Assembly: GCA_046153875.1 (NCBI GenBank) | Contig: JBJXFE010000046.1 | Span: 1-61,994 of the forward strand | DNA length: 61,994 nucleotides | Reading direction: 5' to 3' | Origin: Phycisphaerales bacterium | GTDB taxonomy: Bacteria; Planctomycetota; Phycisphaerae; Phycisphaerales; UBA1924 | In this document: positions 13,045-23,792 of the stretch, piece after piece | Layout of the letters: each line of letters opens with the position of its first letter | How positions within the stretch are numbered: position 1 is the stretch's first letter | Notes under the pieces: model-generated | The model's database searches: none | What the model was told of the DNA's origin: nothing | Seen by the model: the letters and a program-made list of their open reading frames with translations, nothing else | Translations under genes and position numbers: made by a program

Positions 13045-13794
13045 ATGCTGAACTCGATGACCACGAGCTTCGTCGCCCGGCTCAAGGCCAACGACGAGGC
13101 CGCATGGTTCGAGCTTTGGGAGACGTTCGGGCCCGTGATCCGGGCCCAGCTTTCCAAGTGGGGGAAGGGCCGCATCGGCGTCGAGACGGTGCGGGATTTG
13201 TCGCAGGAGACGCTGGCGGCCCTCTCGGACTCGATCGATCGCTACGACCCCGCCCGAGGGGCCCGATTCTCGACGTGGCTCCTGGCGATCGCCAAGCACG
13301 TCCTGGGCGATGAGATCGATCGACGGAATGCTCAGAAGCGCGGCTCGGGCAAGAAGTCCGGGTCGTTCGACGAGGCGTGGATGGCCTCCTCGAACGATTC
13401 GCCGGTGGATACGGCCTACGAGGCCGCGGTCTTCCGGGCAAAGGTCGAGGCGGCGATCCGCGTGGTCGAGAAGGAGTCGGATTTCACCGACTTCTCGATC
13501 TATCGGATGCGGGTGCTGGACGGGAAGAGTGGCAAGGACGTGGCCGCGGCCCTTGGGATGAGCGAGCCGACGGTCAGCCGCCGGCTGGCCAAGGTCCGGG
13601 AGCTGCTCCGCCGGCGGCTGGTCGAGACGATCCACACGTACAGCTTCACGCCCGACGAGCTCGCCGAGCCTGAGCGAAACGGGATCAACCTGAATCCCAC
13701 CAATGCCGACGACGCGCTGTTCGACGAGAGCATCGCGGAGATCTACCACCGGCAACTGGAGCTCCGGCTCCGGGAGCGGGCGACGGCGGGGTAA
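13045..13794 (+). CDS. ECF-family RNA polymerase sigma factor with ~50-aa C-terminal extension
   Basis: Region 2 (DLSQETLAALSDSIDRYDPARGARFSTWLLAIAKH) and region 4 HTH (SGKDVAAALGMSEPTVSRRLAKVRELLRR). A Ser/Thr kinase gene follows 58 bp downstream. Confidence 0.85.
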   Translation: MLNSMTTSFVARLKANDEAAWFELWETFGPVIRAQLSKWGKGRIGVETVRDLSQETLAALSDSIDRYDPARGARFSTWLLAIAKHVLGDEIDRRNAQKRGSGKKSGSFDEAWMASSNDSPVDTAYEAAVFRAKVEAAIRVVEKESDFTDFSIYRMRVLDGKSGKDVAAALGMSEPTVSRRLAKVRELLRRRLVETIHTYSFTPDELAEPERNGINLNPTNADDALFDESIAEIYHRQLELRLRERATAG

Positions 13795-13852
13795 GTCACG
13801 ACCCCGCCGACGGGCTCCGGCGTAGGAGCGACGGCGCGGGAGGGTTCGACCC

Positions 13853-16429
13853 ATGGCTGGAACGATGATCGCGGTGCTGGCGTCGGTGCTGGCGGTCGCG
13901 CTGGCGGTGCTCATCGTGATGTTCGTGCTCGTCCCGATCTTCAAGGGGGTCGGGTGGGGCGTGCGTCACGTGTTCGCGTTTATCACCGGAGAGATCGGCG
14001 ACGTGCTGCGCATCGTCGGGGCGGTCATCACCAACGTGGTGCTGATCCCGCTGACGGTGGCCAGCGTGGTCATCGGGCGGTGGTCCGCGTCGGCCCATTA
14101 CGGGCGGGCGATCCAGTCCGAGTTCAAGACCATCGGGATGTGCATCTACCGGATCGCGCTGGGGCACCCGGCACGGTTTCTGTGCCTCTCGGCGCTCACG
14201 GAGGGGATCGAACGGCGGCTGCCCGAGGTCGTCGCGGTCGCGCCCGGCGCGGACAAGCCCGCCAAGGCGCGGGCCGGTCAGTTCGACGGGTACACGATCG
14301 TCGGGTCGCTGCCGGGCGGGGGCTCGGGCGGTCGCCTGTATGTCGCGGAGCCCGACGAGCTGAAGAAAGCCGGATTCGCCCGCAACGGACAGCCCGACGT
14401 TGAGCAGGTGGTCATCAAGGCCTTCTCGCTGCGCGACGGGTCGAGCCTGCCGCAGATCGTGCGGGAGAGCCGGGCGCTGGACGCGGCGAAGAAGCTCGGG
14501 CTGGTTCTCGAGCATGAGCTGAACGACGAGCGGTTCTTCTACATCACGAAGTTCATCCCCGGCGAGTCGCTGGGGCTCGTCACGCAGCGGCTCCACGCCC
14601 AGAGCCCGAGCGACGGGCTCGACACGAACCACCTCCGCGTGGCGCTCGGGTACGGGGCGGACCTGCTCCGCACGCTCGACGCCTACCACCGAGGCGGGCT
14701 GTGGCACAAGGACGTCAAGCCCGACAACATCATCGTGGATGGTCGCGCGGCCCACCTCGTGGACTTCGGGCTCATCACGCCGATGCGCTCGGCGATGACG
14801 CTGACCACGCACGGCACCGAGTATTTCCGCGACCCGGAGATGGTGCGGTTGGCGCTCAAGGGCGTGAAGGTCCACCAGGTGGACGGCGCGAAGTTCGACC
14901 TCTACGCGGCCGGTGCGGTGCTCTTCTCGGTCATCGAGAACTCGTTCCCCGCGCACGGCGGGCTCTCGCAGGTCACGCGCAAGTGCCCCGACGCCCTGCG
15001 CTGGATCGTCCGCCGCGCCATGACCGACTATGACCGGCGCTACCCCTCCGTCGCGATGATGCTCGCCGACGTCGAGACGGTGCGCCTGGCCGCGGACCCG
15101 TTCACGGTGCGCCCGGCGGACCTGCCCAGCGTGCGCGAAGGCGACCCGATGATCGTCGAGACGCTCGCCCAGGACCCGCTCGCGGCCGTAGGTGTTTCGC
15201 CCGCGGCGGCGGCGGTCGGCATGGCGGGCGCGGGCATGGCCGGGATGGGTGCTCCGGGCGTCGCGGCGGCGGCGGCGGGGGCCGCGGCGATGGGCGCGAT
15301 GGGCGCCGCACCGGCTCCCGGCGCGGCGGCGCCTCCTCCCGGGCGCTCGCGTCCGCGCATCCGCGTGGCACACTGGTGGTCGGGGCGGTACCAGGCGGAT
15401 GCACCGCCGGGTCAGCCCGCAAACCCTCAGCCCGAAGCCGGATCGAAGGGTTTCGTCTTCACCGCCGGTATGCGCGGCGGCAAGCCGTTCTTCAACATCG
15501 ATCGCGGGCAGGACGGGGGCGCGTCCCAGGTGAATGTCGCGGGGTCGCCCCAGCCGCCGCGCGCGGCGCGCGTGCGTCATGCCGTGCATCGTTCGGCGGG
15601 CGACCAGCTTAAGAGCGCGCACGCCCGTGTCCAGGCGGCGCGTGAGCGCGCACGCCTGAAGATGGAATCGCGGCGCGCCCGCCGCCAGGAGGTGCACGGC
15701 GCGGGGTTCCAGAACGGGTTCAATCCCGGTGTGGCCGCGGCGCTCTTCGTGTTCCTTGGCGCGTGCGTCGCGATGGTCGGCGGCGTGATGTTCATGGCGC
15801 GTCAGGGGAATACCCGCGTCATGCACGAGATCACCACGGGCCCGGACGGCGGCGAGCTGATCGGCGCGGCCCACATGGACCTGCCCGCGCCGGCGCCCGT
15901 CGCCGCCGCAGAGCCCCCGCGGGCGCCCCACGCCCCCGCGCCCGACCCGGAGCGCTCGCGCCCGCGGGTCGAGCTTGTTTCCCCCGCGGCGACCATCACC
16001 GCGCCGGCGGACGCACGGGTGATGTTCCTGACCGAGCTCCTGCCGCCGCAGCCGGAGACCACCGCGCGAACGATCGAGTCGGTCCGTGACCGTCTGGCCG
16101 CGGCCGGATTCACGCTGATCGGCAACTTCTGGGGCAACCCCGCGGCGGGTGAGGAGCTCGAAGAGCAGAACACGCTGGAAACGTCGCTCCGCACCGAGCG
16201 CGGCGTGGCGCCGCTGGAATCCGACGAGACGCGCCGCCTGGTCGGACGCTGGCTCGCGGCCGAGAACGCCGCGGACCTGCTGGTCTGGCTCGAGGCGAGC
16301 AAGCAGAGCCCGTCGGGCGTGCGGGCGCACCTGTTCGTGCCGGCGCTGGACCCGGAGTCGGACGGCCCGGGCGTCGCGCGGGCGGAGCGGATGCGATCGC
16401 TGGTGCAGCGGTCGCTGGGGACGAAGTGA
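13853..16429 (+). CDS. membrane-bound Ser/Thr protein kinase (two N-terminal TM helices, Hanks kinase domain, Ala/Gly/Pro-rich linker, third TM, ~220-aa C-terminal domain)
   Basis: GRLYVAE...VVIKAF (ATP-binding Lys), HKDVKPDNIIVDG catalytic loop, DFG, TxxGTEYFRDPE activation segment. TM helices at residues ~5-30, ~45-70 and ~620-645. Confidence 0.85.
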   Translation: MAGTMIAVLASVLAVALAVLIVMFVLVPIFKGVGWGVRHVFAFITGEIGDVLRIVGAVITNVVLIPLTVASVVIGRWSASAHYGRAIQSEFKTIGMCIYRIALGHPARFLCLSALTEGIERRLPEVVAVAPGADKPAKARAGQFDGYTIVGSLPGGGSGGRLYVAEPDELKKAGFARNGQPDVEQVVIKAFSLRDGSSLPQIVRESRALDAAKKLGLVLEHELNDERFFYITKFIPGESLGLVTQRLHAQSPSDGLDTNHLRVALGYGADLLRTLDAYHRGGLWHKDVKPDNIIVDGRAAHLVDFGLITPMRSAMTLTTHGTEYFRDPEMVRLALKGVKVHQVDGAKFDLYAAGAVLFSVIENSFPAHGGLSQVTRKCPDALRWIVRRAMTDYDRRYPSVAMMLADVETVRLAADPFTVRPADLPSVREGDPMIVETLAQDPLAAVGVSPAAAAVGMAGAGMAGMGAPGVAAAAAGAAAMGAMGAAPAPGAAAPPPGRSRPRIRVAHWWSGRYQADAPPGQPANPQPEAGSKGFVFTAGMRGGKPFFNIDRGQDGGASQVNVAGSPQPPRAARVRHAVHRSAGDQLKSAHARVQAARERARLKMESRRARRQEVHGAGFQNGFNPGVAAALFVFLGACVAMVGGVMFMARQGNTRVMHEITTGPDGGELIGAAHMDLPAPAPVAAAEPPRAPHAPAPDPERSRPRVELVSPAATITAPADARVMFLTELLPPQPETTARTIESVRDRLAAAGFTLIGNFWGNPAAGEELEEQNTLETSLRTERGVAPLESDETRRLVGRWLAAENAADLLVWLEASKQSPSGVRAHLFVPALDPESDGPGVARAERMRSLVQRSLGTK

Positions 16430-16517
16430 CGCCCGGCGCGGATTCACGGTGTGCCGCGTACCGTCGCCCCCACACCCCACCACCACCGAGCATCGTTGCC
16501 TCCGCGAACGCCCTGAA

Positions 16518-17543
16518 TCAAGCTTCGTTCGAGAGTTTCGCCAGCGCATCGAGCGTGCGAGCCGCGGCACCGGAGTCGATCGCGGTCGCGGCGAGCGGCA
16601 GGCCTCTTCTGATGTCAGCGGCTGCCCCCGCGACGGTCAGCGCCGCGGCGGCATTGAGCAGCACGATGTCACGGGGCGGGCCGCACTCGCCCTCGAACAC
16701 ACGGCGAATCAGAGCCGCGGACTCGGCGGCGCTCGGCACGGCCAACTCTGCGAGAGAGGCCCGCGGCATGCCGAGCGACGCGGGATCAAACTCCGCGATG
16801 GTGATGCGTTCGCCTTCGACGCTGCCGATGACCGATGGGCCGGAGAGTGTCAGCTCGTCGATGCCGTCCGACCCGTGGACGACCATGGCCCGCTCGGCGC
16901 CGAGGTCCGCCAGCGTCCGCGCGATGAGCGGGACGAGCCGCGCGTCGTACACGCCCATGAGCTGGCGGCGGGCGCCGGCCGGATTTGTCAGCGGCCCGAG
17001 CAGATTGAAGATCGTGGGGAACCCGAGCGACTTGCGCGGGCCCGCGGCGTGCTTCATCGCGGGGTGGTGGTGGACGGCGAAGCAGAAGCACACGCCGACC
17101 TCGCGCAGGCACCTGGACTGCAGTTCCGGCGGCGCATCCACGCGCACACCCAGCGTCTGGAGCACGTCCGCAGAACCGCGACCGGTGCGAGACCGCCCCC
17201 CGTGCTTGGCGACGTGGACCCGCCCCGGCGCTGCGGCGGCCGCGGTGATCGCCACGGCGGTAGAGATGTTGAACGTCTTGGCGGCTCCGCCGGTGCCGCA
17301 AGTGTCGATCAGGCCCGGCACGCCGTCGGCCTGTACCTTCGTCGAATGCCGGCGCATCACGCGGGCTGCCCCGAGCAGCTCCTCCGCGGTCACCCCGCGG
17401 GACTGGATCAGCGACAGCATCGCGCCGATCTGGGCTTCATCCAGGGTGCCCGCGAGCAGATCCTCGAATACCGCCTCGGCCTCGACGGGGGCGAGGGTCC
17501 GGCCGGAAAGCAGCGACTTGAGCACGTCCTGGATCGGGGGCAC
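16518..17543 (-). CDS. trpD: anthranilate phosphoribosyltransferase
   Basis: IDTCGTGGAAKTFNISTAVAI, HGGRSRTGRGSADVL and MVVHGSDGIDELTL signatures. Stand-alone; no other trp genes are adjacent. Confidence 0.9.
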   Translation of the reverse strand: MPPIQDVLKSLLSGRTLAPVEAEAVFEDLLAGTLDEAQIGAMLSLIQSRGVTAEELLGAARVMRRHSTKVQADGVPGLIDTCGTGGAAKTFNISTAVAITAAAAAPGRVHVAKHGGRSRTGRGSADVLQTLGVRVDAPPELQSRCLREVGVCFCFAVHHHPAMKHAAGPRKSLGFPTIFNLLGPLTNPAGARRQLMGVYDARLVPLIARTLADLGAERAMVVHGSDGIDELTLSGPSVIGSVEGERITIAEFDPASLGMPRASLAELAVPSAAESAALIRRVFEGECGPPRDIVLLNAAAALTVAGAAADIRRGLPLAATAIDSGAAARTLDALAKLSNEA

Positions 17544-17593
17544 GATCGTAGGATATCGGGAGGATCACGCGCGGAACTGAGCGGCACGGAAGC

Positions 17594-20500
17594 ATGACAA
17601 CCGCGGCCCGACAGGTTCATGTGGTGGCGCGGCGCGCGGCCCGGCGGGCGCTGGGACGCGACATCGTCGCGGTCGGCGGGCCCGTGCTGCTCGCGGGGGC
17701 GGGCATTGCGGCAGCGCTCGTCGCTGCGGATCGGCTGACGGGCGGCTTGGCCGCGTGGCCGGTGCTGGTCGGCGCGCCGATCGCGGCGGCGCTGGTCGGC
17801 ACGATCGCGTGGTGCTGGATGCGCCGGGTCGAGCCGGTGGCGGCGGCGACGGAAGTTGATCAGGCCCTGGGTCTGAAGGACGCGCTCTCCTCGGCGCTGG
17901 AGCTGGGCGACACGCGGCGCGAAGACCCGGCGTTCACAGCGTGGGCCGTGCGCGACGGCGGGGCTGTCGCGGCGACGGTGCGGCTGCGCCAGGCGATCCC
18001 GATCCGCGCGGGATGGACGTGGTGGGCGTGGCCGCTCACCGCGGCGGCGAGCGTGGCTGGGGCGCTGTTCCTTCCCGCACTCGCGTGGTCCACCGACGCG
18101 CCGGCCGTCGCCGGGGTTGAGGCCCGCGACCGCGCGACGGCGATCGTCGAGCAAGCCGTGCAGGCCGCCCGCGAGGTGAACGAAGCGGAGACGCGCGACA
18201 TCGCCACGCCCGAGCAGCTGCGCGTGCTCGAGGAACTCCAGTCGCAGTTGAGCAGGGGCGACACCGACCCGGACGCCGCGATCGTGCGCGCCGCCTCAGA
18301 ACTCGACGAGCTCGCGCGCCGTCTCGACCAGGACAGTGAGCAGCAGCGCCTGGAGCGCGACGCCCTGGCCCGGCGACTCGCGTCCGCCGCGGGGGGGCGC
18401 GGCGAAGCCGGAGACAGCGCCGACGGCGGCGCCGAAGGCGAGGATGCCGAGGCCTCGGCGACCGAGTCGCTCGCCGAGGCCCTGGAGCGGGGCGACCTCG
18501 TCGCGGCCCAGGAAGCCGTGGAGAAACTCGCGCAAGAGGCCCCCTCGTGGACGCCCGAGCAGCGCGAGCGCTTCGCACGCGACCTGGAGCGCCTCGCCGA
18601 GCGGATGAACCCGACGCGTGACGCGCCTCCCGCCGGCGAACCCGGGGACCCGGGAATCCACCCTCCCGCGGGCCAGCCCCCGAGCGAAGCGCCCGACGCC
18701 GGATCGGGCGAACAGCCGCCCGGCGATCCCGCTCAGGCCCCGCCCCGCACGCCCACGGACCCCGCGCGTCCGCAGGATGCGCCACCACCCGCGGTGGACC
18801 CCGCCGCCGGCGGTCCCACGAAGCCGCGGGAGCCGCAACCGCCCAACGCGACTAATCCTGAGCAATCACCCGAGAAACCATCGGCTCAACCGCAGCGCGA
18901 GCCGTTCAGCGAGCGCACACGCGAGGACCTTGAGAGACAGGGCCTGACCCCCGAGCAGCAGCGCGAACTCCAGACGCCCGGGTCATCCGAGGACGTGCAA
19001 CGCGAACTGGAGCGGCGCGGCATGAGCCCTGATGCGGCGCGCCGACTCGCCGAACGTGTGACGCGGGAGAACCGCGAACGCCAGGCGCAGGAGTCCGCTC
19101 GCGAGCGCATGGGCGAGATACAGCGGTCGCTGAAAGACGCCGCCAAGGACGTCAGTGAGGGGCAGGATCGTCCGCAGCAGAACCCCAAGGGCGGGAAACC
19201 CCAGAACCCTGGCCAGAAGCCTCAGGGGGATCAGACGCGGCCGGGTGGTGAACAGCCTCAGAAGCCCGATCCACGCGGCCAGGACTCCGACCAGCCGGGC
19301 CCGAGGCCCGGCGATCGACCCGAGCCCAGCCCCGGCGAGCGACCGGGCGACCAACCGGGCGAACAGGCCACCGAAAAACCCGGCGACAAGCCAACTGGCA
19401 AACCGGGTGACAAGCCGGGCGAAGAGCCGGGTCAGAAGCCCGGTGAGCAGCCCGGTGAGCAGCCCGGTACTCAACCCCAGCCGAAGCCTGGCGATCAGCC
19501 CGGCGGCGAGCCGCAATCGAAGCCCGGTGGCCAACCCGGTGCCCAGCCCGGCACCCGGCCCCAGCCCAAGCCCGGTGAGCAGCCCGGCAGCCAACCCGGC
19601 AGCCAGCCCGGAAACGAACCGGGAGGCAAGCCAACTCCGCGCCCCGGTGACCAGCCGCAGCCGGGCGAATCACCCGGACAGCAACCCGGTTCGCAACCGC
19701 AGCCCGGAACTCAGCCTCAGGCGGGTGATCAGCCCGGTTCAAAGCCCGGCGATCAGCCGTCACCCCAGCCGGGCCAGCAACCGAGCCAGCAGCCTGGCAA
19801 CCAACCGGGTGATCGACCGACTCCTCGACCGGATGGGGCGCCGGGAAGCGAGCCCCGCCCTCAACCCGGGGATGACCAGCGCCCCGGAAGCCGCCCCGGC
19901 GAGCAACCCGGCAACCAGCCGGGCAGCGAGCCAGGCGCCCAGCCCGGCGAGGCACCGACTCCGACGCCGCGCGAAGGGCAAGGGCAAAGACCCGGCGGCG
20001 CCAATCCCGATGACCCGAACTCTCCCGGCGAGGAACCGCCCCGCGGCCTCGAGGGCCTGCGCGAAACGATCAAACGCGGGGCCGACCGCCAGCGCGGAGC
20101 GGAGCGAAATCTCGAGCAGTCCGAGCGACTGCGCCGGCAAGCCGAGGAGATGCTCCGACAGGCATCGCCGGAGGAACGCGAACGGCACGAACGCTGGGCG
20201 CGCTACCTCGCGGATGAACGCGGCGACGACGGCGAAAGACCGGCGCCGGGTTCGGGCCCGCGCCTCCCCGATCGGCCGCCGACGCCGCCCTCGGGCTCGC
20301 GATTCCGCGATGAGCCCGTGGACGCCCGCCGACCCGCCCGGGGCGAACAGCCCCGCGAGAGCGTCGTCGCCCAGTGGTTCAGCGAGGAGGCACCCGATCG
20401 CGCCGCCGCCCCGGGGCGCGCGACGATGGACGACCACATCCGCGGCGCGGCCGCGGCCGCGGAGAGGGCCATCGAGCAGCAGGTCGTGCCCGGACGGCAC

Positions 20501-20605
20501 AGCGATTTCGTCCGGCGGGTGTTCCGGCGCTACGCCGATCGGACGGCGGGCGGGGCCGGCGGCGCGAGGCCCTCCCCCACCACCCTGCCGCCGAGCAAAC
20601 CGTGA
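17594..20605 (+). CDS. membrane protein with two N-terminal TM helices, a coiled-coil region and a ~260-aa PGxQPG-type Pro/Gln/Gly tandem-repeat tract; precedes a BatA-like VWA gene
   Basis: TM helices in the first 80 aa. Long low-complexity tract (PGDKPGEEPGQKPGEQPGEQPGTQPQPKPGDQPGG...). High GC3 throughout. Gene ends 33 bp before the VWA gene. Confidence 0.6.
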   Translation: MTTAARQVHVVARRAARRALGRDIVAVGGPVLLAGAGIAAALVAADRLTGGLAAWPVLVGAPIAAALVGTIAWCWMRRVEPVAAATEVDQALGLKDALSSALELGDTRREDPAFTAWAVRDGGAVAATVRLRQAIPIRAGWTWWAWPLTAAASVAGALFLPALAWSTDAPAVAGVEARDRATAIVEQAVQAAREVNEAETRDIATPEQLRVLEELQSQLSRGDTDPDAAIVRAASELDELARRLDQDSEQQRLERDALARRLASAAGGRGEAGDSADGGAEGEDAEASATESLAEALERGDLVAAQEAVEKLAQEAPSWTPEQRERFARDLERLAERMNPTRDAPPAGEPGDPGIHPPAGQPPSEAPDAGSGEQPPGDPAQAPPRTPTDPARPQDAPPPAVDPAAGGPTKPREPQPPNATNPEQSPEKPSAQPQREPFSERTREDLERQGLTPEQQRELQTPGSSEDVQRELERRGMSPDAARRLAERVTRENRERQAQESARERMGEIQRSLKDAAKDVSEGQDRPQQNPKGGKPQNPGQKPQGDQTRPGGEQPQKPDPRGQDSDQPGPRPGDRPEPSPGERPGDQPGEQATEKPGDKPTGKPGDKPGEEPGQKPGEQPGEQPGTQPQPKPGDQPGGEPQSKPGGQPGAQPGTRPQPKPGEQPGSQPGSQPGNEPGGKPTPRPGDQPQPGESPGQQPGSQPQPGTQPQAGDQPGSKPGDQPSPQPGQQPSQQPGNQPGDRPTPRPDGAPGSEPRPQPGDDQRPGSRPGEQPGNQPGSEPGAQPGEAPTPTPREGQGQRPGGANPDDPNSPGEEPPRGLEGLRETIKRGADRQRGAERNLEQSERLRRQAEEMLRQASPEERERHERWARYLADERGDDGERPAPGSGPRLPDRPPTPPSGSRFRDEPVDARRPARGEQPRESVVAQWFSEEAPDRAAAPGRATMDDHIRGAAAAAERAIEQQVVPGRHSDFVRRVFRRYADRTAGGAGGARPSPTTLPPSKP
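19180..19975 (+). repeat. intragenic imperfect tandem repeats (15-18-nt units encoding P-G-x-Q-P-G) inside CDS 17594-20605
   Basis: Dozens of iterations of cccggc/ccgggc-ga(g/c)-cagccc units are visible in the sequence. Translation is Pro/Gly/Gln/Glu-rich. Confidence 0.6.
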
Positions 20606-20637
20606 CGCCGGTCTTGAACCGGGTGTGAGTGGAGCCA

Positions 20638-23600
20638 TGAGCCTGGCGCTGAACCTGGGGTTCGATCAACCGGCGTGGTTGTGGCTCGCCGCGGCGGCGC
20701 TGCCGATCGCGTGGCTCGGGGCGCGCTGGTTCGCGTCCATGAGCACGGTACGGCGCGGGTCGGCGGTCGCCTTGCGCGTGCTGCTCGTCGCCCTCATCGC
20801 GGGGATGCTCGCGGGGGCGAGCGCGGTGCGGCGAACGGATCGCATCGCCGTCATCGGCGTCGTGGACGTATCGGGCTCGGTGCGGCGGTTCGCTAGCGCC
20901 CCCGGCGGGGCCGATGCCCGCACGGCCGACCCGATCGAGGCCGCACGCCATTTCTTTGCGGCGAGCATCAAGGCGCGCGGGCCGGACGACCTGCTCGGGC
21001 TCGTGGTCTTCGACGGGCGCTCGGTTGCCGTGGCGACGCCGACGCGCGGCGACCCCACGGACCGTCCGCTGGACGCGGCGATGACCGAGGGCACGGACAT
21101 CGAGGGGGCGCTGCGGTTCGCGGCAGCGCTGATCCCACCGGACGCGGCCGGACGGATCGTGCTCATCAGCGACGGCAACGAGACGAGCGGCGACGCCGAG
21201 GGCGCGGCGAAGGAACTCGCCGGGCGGGCCTCGGGGCGCGCCGCAGCCCCGGTGGACGTCATCCCGCTCGCGTACTCGGTCGAGCGCGAAACGGTGGTTG
21301 AAGCCGTGGACGCCCCGCCCCGCGCGGCCAGCGAGTCCTCTATCACGGTGCGCGTGACGATCTTCTCCACGCAGGGGACGCGCGGAACGCTCTTTCTCTC
21401 GCGCGAGGGCGAGCCGCTCGACATCAACGGTGCCGCCCCGGGCGCGGGCCGACGGCTTGAACTCGGGCCGGGGCGGCACGTCGAGCTCATCACGGTCGAG
21501 CTCGATGCGTCGAAGCGCCACCGCTTCCGGGCCGTCTTCGAACCGGATCGGGAGGAGACCGCGGAATCGGGCGAGGCCGGTCAACCCGGCCCGCGAGAGT
21601 CGGTCGCGGTCGCCGTCGGCGACACCCGCCCCGAGAACAACGCCGGCGAGGCGTTCACGCTGACGCCCGGTCGCGGCTCGGTGCTGATCCTGGACGGCGT
21701 CGGGAACGGCTCGCCGACGGGCGCGGGGGCGACGCTCGCCGCGGTGCTGCGCGAGAGCGGGCTGGACGTGGAGTTGCTGCCGCCCGAGGCCGCGCCGTCC
21801 CACCTGCTGGAACTTCTGCAGCACGACCTGGTGGTGCTCCAGAACGTGCCGGTCGAGAGCGTGCCTCTCGAGTTCCAGGAACTGCTCTCGAAGTACGTGC
21901 GTGAGTTCGGCGGCGGGCTGGTCATGGTCGGCGGACCGGACTCGTTCGGGGCGGGCGGGTGGCACGGGTCGAAGGTCGAGCCGCTGCTGCCGGTCGCGCT
22001 GGACCTGCCCGAACGGCTCGTGCAGCCCGACGCGGCCGTGATCTTCGTGCTGGATGTCTCGGGCTCGATGCGTCGGCCCGTGATGGGAACCACGCTCTCG
22101 CAGCAGGAAGTGGCGAACGAGGCCGCGGCGCTGGCCGTGAAGAGCCTGGACAAGAAGGACCTCGTCGGCGTGATCGTGTTCAGCGACGTCGAGAGCGTCC
22201 TCGTCCCGCTCGGCCCGAACAGCGACCCGGATCGGACGGCCCAGCGGATCCTCTCGCTCTCGCCCGGCGGCGGAACGAACATGGGCCCCGGCCTGCGCGA
22301 GGCGGCCCTGCAACTCCGCGACGCCAAGGCGGCTGTCAAGCACGTGATCCTGGTCTCGGACGGGCGCTCGCTCGGCCATGAGACCCTGCCCGACCTGGCC
22401 GCCGAGGTCCATGAGAGCGACGGCGTCATCATCTCCACGATCTCGATCGGGGACGAATCCGACGAGCAGACGATGGACCAGATGGCATCGCGCGGGGGGG
22501 GAACGTTCTACCCCGTCTACAACCCCACGCTGCTGCCGAAGTTCTTCCTCAAGGCCGTGCGGATCGTGCGGAGCCCGCTGGTGCGCGAGGCCGCGTTCCA
22601 GCCCGTGCTGCTCCCGACGCCCTCGCCGCTGACGGCGGGGCTCGACGGGCCGCCGCCGTTGCTGGGCTTCAACCTGACGCGCCGGCGGCCCGAGTTGACG
22701 ATCACCCACGCGATGGAGGCGCCGACCGGCGAGCCGCTGCTGGCCCACTGGACGGTCGAGCTGGGCCGCGTGGCCGCGTTTACCTCCGACGCGCACCGCT
22801 GGGCCGAGCCGTGGCTGGATTGGCCCGGGTACCGGCGGATGTGGACGCAGATCGCCAGGATCATCGCGCGGCCGCCCGGGACCGGCGGCCTGGAGCTCGG
22901 CACGGAGGTCCGCGGCGACACGATCACGTTGCGGCTCGACGCGGCGGGCGAAAGCGGGCGGCCGCTGGACCTGCTCACGGTGCCCGCGACGGTGTACGCG
23001 CCGTCGGGAGCAGAGACGAACATCACGCTGACGCAGACCGCGCCGGGGCTGTACGTCGGCGAGACCCCGGCGCGCGAGAGCGGCAGCTACATCGTGGCTG
23101 TGAAGCCGCGGCTGGGAGCGCAGCTGCTGCCGCCCGTCGTCGGCGGCGTCTCGGTGTCCTCGGGCGTCGAATACCGGCGGCTTTCGTCGAACGTCGGGCT
23201 GCTGCGGCGTGTCGCGGAAGCAACCGGCGGCCGGGTTCTCGCGCTCGACGACCCGGCGGGAGCGAAGCTCTTCGACCGGTCGGGGCTCGAGCCGAGCGAG
23301 GCGCGGACGCCGCTGTGGCGGACGCTGCTCGTGTGGACACTGCTCGTGCTGATGCTGGACGTGGCGACGCGACGGATCGCGTGGGATCGCCTGGTCAGCC
23401 GCGAGTTCGGCGCGGATGTACGCCGCGCCGTCGCGGATTCCGTGCGGGATCGAGGCGACCAAGCTGCACGAACGGTGTCCCGCCTGCGCGGCGGCACGAA
23501 GACCGGGCGGCCGGCCGTGGCGAGCGTTGTGCTGTCGGACGCCGACGCGCGGCGCGTCGCGGAGGAAGCGACCGAGCGCCGCACCACCGCTCGCCGTGAC

Positions 23601-23792
23601 GCCATGCGGGCGCGACGCGCGCCCGGAGGCGCCGCACTCTCATCAAACGAGCCCCCCGCGGTCGCCGGCGACGCCGGCTCGCCCGGGCCCGCAGCGCCCG
23701 AGTCGGTTGTGCCGGAAGACGGGCTGCTCGCGGCCAAGCGCCGGGCGCGCGAGCGCTTCCGATCCGACGACGATCCACCACCCGGGGCGTGA
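20638..23792 (+). CDS. BatA-like aerotolerance-type membrane protein with N-terminal TM segments and von Willebrand factor A domains
   Basis: ATG at 20638 after a GAGTGGAG RBS. N-terminal LWLAAAALPIAWL...LLVALIAGMLAG TM pair. VWA MIDAS-like VGVVDVSGSVRR and VIFVLDVSGSMRRP. Long Ala/Arg-rich C-terminal tail. Confidence 0.75.
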
